DNA from: a virus
Taxonomy: Duplodnaviria; Heunggongvirae; Uroviricota; Caudoviricetes
Virus record (IMG/VR): IMGVR_UViG_3300038393_003162
Span: 148,407 to 212,406 of that record
Length of the DNA: 64,000 nt
Reading direction: 5' to 3' (one strand)
This document shows, one piece after another, positions 58,513-64,000 of this stretch (positions within the stretch are counted from its first letter, which is position 1; every line of letters begins with the position of its first letter). The notes beneath the pieces were generated by a model. It searched no databases, was not told the DNA's origin, and saw only the letters and a program-made list of their open reading frames with translations. Made by a program: the position numbers and the translations under genes.

Positions 58513-58933
58513 GTCTTCTATCACATAATTCGCTGATGAAACTTATCGGTCTCATCACTCTTGCTCAAGCCCCAACTCATATTACACCACTGGTGGTTCT
58601 TAACGCCGTCCTTCTTGGTCGGCTCGGGGCAACGGCATTGCTTGCCAGGATTTCGCCCCAACAGAAGCTTACACAACTTGCTGATACAGTGTCGCATCCT
58701 TGAATCCTTTCAGAAGACAAGGTCCGCAAGACCAGTTTGAAAGCTGGACCTGTCCTGTGTATTCGGTCAATTACAGTTAACCTTCCGATTGGTTACGGCT
58801 ACCGCACAGTTAGCGGACATTGATCTAAGTAATCCGCAAAGCTTGGCGTAACCACGCCCTGTCCGAAGCAAGTCTATCATTAAGTTCTTAGCCGGTTCAC
58901 ACGGCACTTGCCCGTTAGCGGATGTTTTTGAAT

Positions 58934-59257
58934 TTACGGCAACTCGACCTTCAATTCCTCAGCAAGGGTTTGAATGAAATATTTCATATCGCTTGTATCA
59001 TAGATGCCAGTAAGGTCTTCGCGAATTTTTTCGATGTACGCCAAAAGTCCCGCTTGGTCCTTGGACGATATTTCAACAGGCATCTCAGAGCAATATTCTC
59101 CACTACAGAATGGACAATATTGGTAATCATCATCGATAGCTTTGGATTCTATCAAACATCTCTTACAGAGAATCTTCTTACAATCGTTACATTTAAACTC
59201 TTGGTCTTCGACAGAAAAAATAGATTTACATGTAAGTCGGCTACAAATACAACTCAT
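58934..59257 (-). CDS. multi-CxxC zinc-ribbon protein (107 aa)
   Basis: Four CxxC pairs in the N-terminal 50 aa. Confidence 0.45.
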   Translation of the reverse strand: MSCICSRLTCKSIFSVEDQEFKCNDCKKILCKRCLIESKAIDDDYQYCPFCSGEYCSEMPVEISSKDQAGLLAYIEKIREDLTGIYDTSDMKYFIQTLAEELKVELP

Positions 59258-59281
59258 ACAGTAATCCTCTTGTCTTTACAG

Positions 59282-59352
59282 AGCCTTCGACTAGAATCGA
59301 ACTAGTGCTACAATCTTACCGGGATCGGGGGCTACCACTACACCACGAAGGC
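59282..59352 (-). tRNA. tRNA-Thr (anticodon GGU), C33, weak D-stem
   Basis: Acceptor GCCTTCG/CGAAGGC, anticodon arm CGATC-CCGGTAA-GATTG, T-arm ACTAG-TTCGATT-CTAGT. Confidence 0.5.
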
Positions 59353-59421
59353 AAATCGGTTGCGAATTGTTTAGAATAACGATCCCCTATTGTACAGAGG
59401 ATCGTTATTGACCAAATCTAC

Positions 59422-59676
59422 TTAATCACACGGTTGGATATTGAATCGTTTTGCGAGATCAGCCGGAATCTTGGTGACATTGTAAAAATGCCTCCCCTTG
59501 ATATGGCTGAATTCTCGGGTCATGACGTAGCCTCTGTTCTGAAAATACTCAGCTACTTCAGCTACACGGTCCGAAGGCACAGCCCAATCAATCTCTTGAG
59601 GGAGCTTTCGTCCTTCCATCGCCTTGGGAAAGTCATACTCGGCCGCCGGTTCCAACTGTAATACAACATCGTTCAT
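59422..59676 (-). CDS. hypothetical protein (84 aa)
   Basis: Intact ORF. Confidence 0.35.
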   Translation of the reverse strand: MNDVVLQLEPAAEYDFPKAMEGRKLPQEIDWAVPSDRVAEVAEYFQNRGYVMTREFSHIKGRHFYNVTKIPADLAKRFNIQPCD

Positions 59677-59728
59677 TTTTTTAAAATCCGAATTTGAAAC
59701 TTAACTGCGAACATTGGGCTAGTCCGCA

Positions 59729-59803
59729 TGTGGGTACAGGGATTTGAACCCTGACAGTCTGCTTGGAGGGCAGATATGCTAGTCCGTTAAACATCACACC
59801 CAC
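59729..59803 (-). tRNA. tRNA-Gly (anticodon UCC), C33
   Basis: Acceptor GTGGGTG/TACCCAC, anticodon arm TCTGC-CCTCCAA-GCAGA, T-arm CAGGG-TTCAAAT-CCCTG. Confidence 0.55.
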
Positions 59804-59817
59804 AAATTACTATAAAA

Positions 59818-60126
59818 CTAACTCTTCAATGACCTAATCTCAAAAAAGTTATTGAATGACTCATCTTCGTCCATAAGAAGGCGAGCGTATCGACTACTGA
59901 AATGATCATTGATCTTGAATTTTCTTTCAATCGAATCCGGTCTAATTGCGTAGTGCCACCGAATTCTTTGAATAATGGCGTCTGAGCCGAAACGGTCACG
60001 ACCTGCCTGTTTTAGCTCAGACGCAAATCTTTTGAACAAAGAATAAACTTCCGGATGGTCATTGTGGTAACGCTCAAAACGTTCTTGTATGGTTGGCTTT
60101 GTAACAACCGCATTACATTCAGACAT
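59818..60126 (-). CDS. hypothetical protein (102 aa)
   Basis: Intact ORF. Confidence 0.35.
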   Translation of the reverse strand: MSECNAVVTKPTIQERFERYHNDHPEVYSLFKRFASELKQAGRDRFGSDAIIQRIRWHYAIRPDSIERKFKINDHFSSRYARLLMDEDESFNNFFEIRSLKS

Positions 60127-60250
60127 TAAGAAAATTCCTTTGAATTACACACGCATAATTTGTTGTCGGTCGCCTCTTTGCCATTTTGGCGGTATCACCC
60201 GGCGACTAGGTACTTGTCTTAAGTGACAAGGTTTTGCCAGCGACAACAAG

Positions 60251-60321
60251 AGCGGCTGGGGATAATCGAAATCCCGTATCAGCGTTGGCAACGCCGTGCT
60301 TTACCACTAAGCTACAGCCGC
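60251..60321 (-). tRNA. tRNA-Gly (anticodon GCC)
   Basis: Acceptor GCGGCTG/CAGCCGC, D-arm GCTT-AGTGGTA-AAGC, anticodon arm CGGCG-TTGCCAA-CGCTG, T-arm GGGAT-TTCGATT-ATCCC; 5' end overlaps the last codons of the next CDS by 10 nt. Confidence 0.65.
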
Positions 60322-60869
60322 ATTTTTCTTCCTACAGCTACCGTATCAGTCACCAAGCAAGGTCCATGTTGTTTGGTCCATCTCTCTTCCAGAGGAGCAA
60401 CGTTCCCCATCCAAGAAAACACATGCTCAAGACCAAAATCCTCAAACAATGCCTTGTAGCCATCCGGCAATATCCTCCAGCAATCATAGAGCGGCGAAGC
60501 ATGATACGGCCAGGAAACCGGGTTCACAAAAATGACATGTCCGCCTGGCTTCGTTATTCTAACCAATTCTTGGACCCATGTCCATATCTTTCTCACATGC
60601 TCTGCCACACTCAAACTAAACACAACATCAAACCGATTCGCTTCGACATCTATCTGGTACTCATCGATCATCCTGATAAAACCAGGTTGATGATCGGCGT
60701 TGTTGCGAATATCCGCGAAATTGTAATGACCACCATTGGCGACCACTAGGTCTTTGGATATTCCATCGGCTCTGCCGCCACCTTCTGGTCCAATCTCTAA
60801 TACAGAGGTCCCAGATTGGATGAGAGGCAAACCGTGAAGTCGAAACAATTCTAGACTGTTGTTGTGCAT
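60312..60869 (-). CDS. class I SAM-dependent methyltransferase (Methyltransf_11-like)
   Basis: LEIGPEGGGRADGI (motif I) and ITKPGGHVIFVNP. Confidence 0.55.
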   Translation of the reverse strand: MHNNSLELFRLHGLPLIQSGTSVLEIGPEGGGRADGISKDLVVANGGHYNFADIRNNADHQPGFIRMIDEYQIDVEANRFDVVFSLSVAEHVRKIWTWVQELVRITKPGGHVIFVNPVSWPYHASPLYDCWRILPDGYKALFEDFGLEHVFSWMGNVAPLEERWTKQHGPCLVTDTVAVGRKMRL

Positions 60870-60876
60870 GTTTGAG

Positions 60877-60945
60877 ACCGAGGGCGAGGACTTGCACCCC
60901 GAACTCTAGAGTACGCCAACTGTGTCTCGACTTGGCAGCCCCCGG
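60877..60945 (-). ncRNA. short tRNA-like gene (69 nt) lacking a recognisable anticodon arm
   Basis: Acceptor CCGGGGG/CCCTCGG, stem GCCA…TGGC, T-arm CGGGG-TGCAAGT-CCTCG. Confidence 0.35.
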
Positions 60946-61028
60946 ATATGTCTTTCATTCTTATATAATACCATAACCTCAGTAAAATACAAGACCTTTT
61001 TTGATATTTTCTAGGATTTATTTTACCT

Positions 61029-61127
61029 GAGAAACGTTCGGCTCACTCAAGGAAATGAATCCTTGGTCAGGCTTCGAACCTGTTACACACCTCCACAGCC
61101 TTCTCGTTTAGAAAGGTGACGTTTCTC
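61029..61127. ncRNA. structured element: 9-bp terminal stem (GAGAAACGT/ACGTTTCTC) enclosing three hairpins including a T-arm-like CAGG-CTTCGAA-CCTG
   Basis: Perfect inverted repeat closing 81 nt; internal hairpins CAAGGA-AATGAA-TCCTTG and CTTTCT-AAACG-AGAAGG; no ORF. Confidence 0.35.
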
Positions 61128-61136
61128 AGAATGAAG

Positions 61137-61213
61137 CGTACTCGGCAGGATTCGAACCTGCATATATTCCTGTTTAGAAGACAGGTGCCTAAGTCCATTC
61201 GAGCCACGAGTAC
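61137..61213 (-). tRNA. tRNA-Arg (anticodon UCU)
   Basis: Acceptor GTACTCG/CGAGTAC, anticodon arm CCTGT-CTTCTAA-ACAGG, T-arm GCAGG-TTCGAAT-CCTGC. Confidence 0.6.
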
Positions 61214-61476
61214 ATGTATTTGATATCAGTCTTCGAGAAGACACTTGAGTGCCTTAAGAAGTTCGTCCTTATCAACTCCGACTTCTCGGCTTTCATTGCC
61301 GATCTGAAAGTAAATACAATCCCTGCCTACGGACAAGATCAACTGGTCGTCGGGATAGCTGTTATCAGTATCCATCTCGATTTTAAGTCTGATTTCCATT
61401 ATTTACCTCAATACAACCATGACCCACATTTGGGACATTTTAAAAATGCCATATTTACAATTAATTTTGTAAGAAG

Positions 61477-61550
61477 TACCTCTGGCAGGACTTGAACCCG
61501 CAACCTTCTCGTTCGAAGCGAGATGCGCTAATCCATTGCGCCACAGAGGC
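61477..61550 (-). tRNA. tRNA-Arg (anticodon UCG)
   Basis: Acceptor GCCTCTG/CAGAGGT, D-arm GCGC-AATGGATTA-GCGC, anticodon arm TCTCG-CTTCGAA-CGAGA, T-loop TTCAAGT. Confidence 0.65.
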
Positions 61551-61557
61551 AAAATAA

Positions 61558-61630
61558 TACCCCCACCAAGAATTGAACTTGGTCTTGAAAGCTAGGAACT
61601 TTCCGTGCGATTCCGGCACACTCTGGGGGC
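61558..61630 (-). tRNA. tRNA-Arg (anticodon CCU)
   Basis: Acceptor GCCCCCA/TGGGGGT, anticodon arm GAAAG-TTCCTAG-CTTTC, T-arm CCAAG-TTCAATT-CTTGG. Confidence 0.65.
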
Positions 61631-61636
61631 AAGCAT

Positions 61637-61933
61637 TCAATCCCGTTCATCTTCTTCGAGTGGTCTTTTCACCTTCACCCGGATCTTGTTCCCCAGGTCA
61701 TCATAATGATAAACGTATGACCAGCCCGTCTTGTAGAAGTCCGTATCGATGAAACAAGCATTGGTCATACCGATGAATCGCCAATGGTCGCGGATATCCG
61801 GAGGAATATAGGTCTTCTTCCCATTTTCGTAGAAGTCAATGCTCTCGAAATCAAGAGCATTGATCTTCCTCAACTCTTCCTTGAGATACCTGATATGTTC
61901 GATATCGACTCGATTCCGTATTTCTTGCGACAT
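61637..61933 (-). CDS. hypothetical protein (98 aa)
   Basis: Intact ORF. Confidence 0.4.
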   Translation of the reverse strand: MSQEIRNRVDIEHIRYLKEELRKINALDFESIDFYENGKKTYIPPDIRDHWRFIGMTNACFIDTDFYKTGWSYVYHYDDLGNKIRVKVKRPLEEDERD

Positions 61934-62011
61934 CAGCTTTCCTCATCGCACATACAACCTAAGAGACAAATCGTAAACACACATAGACCAGCCATGATAA
62001 AAAACCACATA

Positions 62012-62461
62012 TTACATTCCTTTATACCTTTTGCTCTTTGCCAACTGTTGTTTTGCTTTTTCCAGGTCGGCATTCTTCATGAACTGCCAGTTGGGGTAAG
62101 GTTCTCGTCTTGTATAGACGCCGTTTTGCTGGTAGTCCGATTGCGGGTGAGATGTGAACATCTGGACGCCTTCGGGCAACTGCTTCTCCATTGCTGCGGA
62201 GAGCGTCTCAAAATCTTCTAGGACCAAATTTTGGCGAGGGTCGATGATGACCAAGGCTTGCGATTCGGTTAAAAGCCATGGAATGATTATATCCAATACT
62301 GGCTGCGTGTTTAGTTCTTTGACTACATAGGTTAATTTTCCTTCAAGCCGTGCCTTCTTGGCGAAAGGGCATACGGGCAAGTTGCCGAATGCCGGATGTG
62401 GCTTTTCGACGAAAGAGATCAAATGGTTTTTCATTATCTGAATAATATCATGATGTTCCAT
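62012..62461 (-). CDS. hypothetical protein (149 aa)
   Basis: Intact ORF. Confidence 0.4.
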   Translation of the reverse strand: MEHHDIIQIMKNHLISFVEKPHPAFGNLPVCPFAKKARLEGKLTYVVKELNTQPVLDIIIPWLLTESQALVIIDPRQNLVLEDFETLSAAMEKQLPEGVQMFTSHPQSDYQQNGVYTRREPYPNWQFMKNADLEKAKQQLAKSKRYKGM

Positions 62462-62499
62462 GTCTATATCAATGATTTAAAGATGGAATTTTATCACAG

Positions 62500-62573
62500 T
62501 AATCGTGGCAAGAGTCGAACTTGCGACCTCCAGGTTCGCCGCCTGGCGCTCTAATCCACTGAGCTACACGATC
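62500..62573 (-). tRNA. tRNA (74 nt); anticodon loop CGGCGAA (G33), anticodon read as GCG (Arg?)
   Basis: Acceptor GATCGTG/CACGATT, canonical D-arm GCTC-AGTGGATTA-GAGC, stem CCAGG/CCTGG, T-arm GCAAG-TTCGACT-CTTGC. Confidence 0.5.
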
Positions 62574-62583
62574 AAATTATAAG

Positions 62584-62654
62584 TAGGCGTAGAAGGTCTT
62601 GCACCTTCACCGGCACCGTTATAAGCAGTGAGTGCTACTTTACACCATACGCCC
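62584..62654 (-). tRNA. tRNA-Ile (anticodon UAU)
   Basis: Acceptor GGGCGTA/TACGCCT, anticodon arm CACTG-CTTATAA-CGGTG, T-arm GAAGG-TGCAAGA-CCTTC. Confidence 0.5.
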
Positions 62655-62701
62655 AAATCAAATTCCTATAATCTTTTAAGCAAAGAGTAGTCATCACAAC
62701 T

Positions 62702-62725
62702 GCTCTCCCACTGAGCTAACCGCCC
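62702..62725 (-). pseudogene. tRNA 5' fragment (acceptor strand GGGCGGT plus canonical D-arm TAGCTCAGTGGGAGAGC) with no T-arm or 3' acceptor
   Basis: Clean 5' half followed by unrelated sequence until the next tRNA. Confidence 0.4.
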
Positions 62726-62731
62726 ATTTGA

Positions 62732-63070
62732 CTACTTGTCTTCCACTTTGTATTGCTTTTTCTCGGCGGCTGTCATTTCATAAGTGTGCTTGGGCAAGCC
62801 CTCGCAACACACCTTGGACTTAGGCTTGGTTCGTTCCTCAAGCTTTGCGACCGTCTGCTGGAGCGTCTTGATCTCGGCATCGTGTATGGTGTCACGCAGA
62901 CTGCCGAGTAAGGAGACAACAACGATCAACAGAAAGGCAATGTCTCTCACAAGTTCATCAAACGTATAGGTCATAATTTGGTCCTTTAAGCTTTTTTGTG
63001 GCTTCGCACCACGAATCGCCTGAGTAGGTTGTAGTGGGACATGTTCTCGTACACGAGACCCTTGAGCCAA
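62732..63070 (-). CDS. membrane protein (112 aa)
   Basis: TM segment IAFLLIVVVSLLGSL. Confidence 0.4.
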   Translation of the reverse strand: MAQGSRVREHVPLQPTQAIRGAKPQKSLKDQIMTYTFDELVRDIAFLLIVVVSLLGSLRDTIHDAEIKTLQQTVAKLEERTKPKSKVCCEGLPKHTYEMTAAEKKQYKVEDK

Positions 63071-63288
63071 CGCCGCTTCATGCCTTCTTGCTCGATCTGC
63101 TTCACGAGTCGCTTTTCGAGGTCGAAGAGTTCCTTGCGGACGAGGGACATCAACTCCGCTTGGGAGGCATCGACAGCCTGCTTGACCTGGTCCTCGGTGA
63201 AAGTGACGGTCTCTGGCTTGAGGTCGTTGGTGATGTCGGTTGCGAGGCTGAAATCACTATTGGTCAGAGTGACATCCTTGTCGCTCAT
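62986..63288 (-). CDS. hypothetical protein (100 aa)
   Basis: Overlaps the downstream gene by 85 nt. Confidence 0.3.
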   Translation of the reverse strand: MSDKDVTLTNSDFSLATDITNDLKPETVTFTEDQVKQAVDASQAELMSLVRKELFDLEKRLVKQIEQEGMKRRWLKGLVYENMSHYNLLRRFVVRSHKKA

Positions 63289-63309
63289 GATCGTCCTCCC
63301 TGAAGGGTG

Positions 63310-63465
63310 TTATATATCTAGTCTTTCCACAGACAACACCGTGTTGTTCCGCTCGATCGATTCGATGTGGCGATAGACTTCGGTCCAGTCTTCTGCCACA
63401 AACTCGTAATCATCGGTCTCAAAGAACTCGGATGTATCGATACGATATCTGATGCGGAATCTCAT
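63310..63465 (-). CDS. small acidic hypothetical protein (51 aa)
   Basis: Hand-translated MRFRIRYRIDTSEFFETDDYEFVAEDWTEVYRHIESIERNNTVLSVERLDI*; below the ORF-track length cutoff. Confidence 0.3.
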   Translation of the reverse strand: MRFRIRYRIDTSEFFETDDYEFVAEDWTEVYRHIESIERNNTVLSVERLDI

Positions 63466-63470
63466 GTAAG

Positions 63471-63545
63471 TACCTCCGGAAGGATTCGAACCTTCTCCAG
63501 CCGGGTAAGAACCGGATATGCTAGACCGTTAAACACCACGGAGGC
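63471..63545 (-). tRNA. tRNA-Lys (anticodon CUU)
   Basis: Acceptor GCCTCCG/CGGAGGT, stem CCGG/CCGG around loop TTCTTAC, T-arm GAAGG-TTCGAAT-CCTTC. Confidence 0.55.
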
Positions 63546-63749
63546 AATTAGTCAGACTAATTATTTCTGCTTCGTACAAGAACAGTGCGACTTACAGCAC
63601 GAATTAGCGGTTGAGTGCCTGCGTGTATTGCTTTCACTCTGTGCTATCAGTCCTAGAAACAGAATCAGCAAAATCCCCAACAGAAGTGCTATGCCTGTTC
63701 CTTTGATTTCAGGCCCATTCGTTGCTCCTCTCAAAATTATTTATCTCAG

Positions 63750-63822
63750 TCCCTCCTCTCGGCCACGATCCGAGACCTAACGGTTTAAAAGACCGCCGCT
63801 CTGCCAATTGAGCTAAAGAGGG
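63750..63822 (-). tRNA. tRNA-Lys (anticodon UUU) with non-canonical T-loop ATCGTGG
   Basis: Acceptor CCCTCTT/AGGAGGG, canonical D-arm GCTC-AATTGGCA-GAGC, anticodon arm GCGGT-CTTTTAA-ACCGT. Confidence 0.55.
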
Positions 63823-63830
63823 AATTTATA

Positions 63831-64000
63831 CTACTTCTTGTTGAGCCATGTATTGATGTGTTCGCCAACACACCCGATCATGCCACCTACCAAACCTGAC
63901 AGGGGTAACACCCACCAGTGATCGCCTAAAACATGTCCCAGCCCGTAGCCGGTAAGGAACCCCACGATCATCACCACAATCAAGATGACCAAACTTCTCA
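63831..64000 (-). CDS. membrane protein, 3' part only (gene continues past the window end)
   Basis: Open minus-strand frame from 64000 to TAG at 63831-63833; hydrophobic sequence …VILIVVMIVGFLTGYGLGHVLGDHWWVLPLSGLVGGMIG…. Confidence 0.35.
   Translation of the reverse strand, partial: RSLVILIVVMIVGFLTGYGLGHVLGDHWWVLPLSGLVGGMIGCVGEHINTWLNKK

Noticed and set aside
58236-58703. 155-aa plus-strand ORF
   Set aside because: Runs antisense through four well-formed minus-strand tRNA genes; Ala/Leu/Arg-rich shadow composition.
58513-58933. tmRNA in the ORF-free gap
   Set aside because: No reading frame ending in Ala-Ala-stop adjacent to a tRNA-like 3' domain could be found on either strand by eye. 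Not excluded, so it is listed as a finding for a covariance-model search.
61214-61495. 93-aa plus-strand ORF between tRNA-Arg genes
   Set aside because: Only plus-strand ORF in a uniformly minus-strand array and it overlaps the 3' end of tRNA-Arg(UCG). The region 61214-61476 may instead hold an unrecognised small minus-strand gene or ncRNA.
63367-63780. 137-aa plus-strand ORF
   Set aside because: Overlaps two minus-strand tRNAs (63471-63545 and 63750-63822).
1-64000. CRISPR array search
   Set aside because: No series of regularly spaced direct repeats seen anywhere; repeated features are paralogous genes and tRNA stems only.

Overview
The window reads as part of a large dsDNA virus or jumbo-phage-like genome, probably of a bacterial host although the host domain is uncertain, about 50% GC and almost gap-free in coding sequence. 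It has two parts. (1) 1-36.3 kb is a dense glycan-modification supercluster: about 12 glycosyltransferase-like genes (GT2, GT4, GT8, DxD), four paralogous SAM methyltransferases, at least one sulfotransferase, UDP-galactopyranose mutase (glf), a PseB/CapD-type sugar dehydratase, a CapK-like adenylating enzyme, a P-loop kinase, a trypsin-like protease and an HNH endonuclease. Several gene families recur as diverged paralog pairs. (2) 36.3-64 kb, almost entirely minus strand, is a tRNA-biology island. It holds at least 30 tRNA or tRNA-like genes and three HNH homing-type endonucleases. It also holds a Ro60/TROVE-domain protein with an adjacent vWA protein, next to three tandem 129-139 nt expanded tRNA-like RNAs. 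tRNA maintenance and repair proteins are present: a Thg1-like 3'-5' nucleotidyltransferase, a Pth2-type peptidyl-tRNA hydrolase, a YqeY/GatB-domain protein and a large protein with a GatB/YqeY C-terminus. Many small hypothetical proteins and membrane proteins fill the gaps. All tRNA boundaries and anticodons were folded by hand from T-arm and acceptor-stem complementarity and should be confirmed with tRNAscan-SE or ARAGORN. Seven tRNA-like genes carry 10-65 nt insertions between the D-arm and T-arm; their nature is unresolved.
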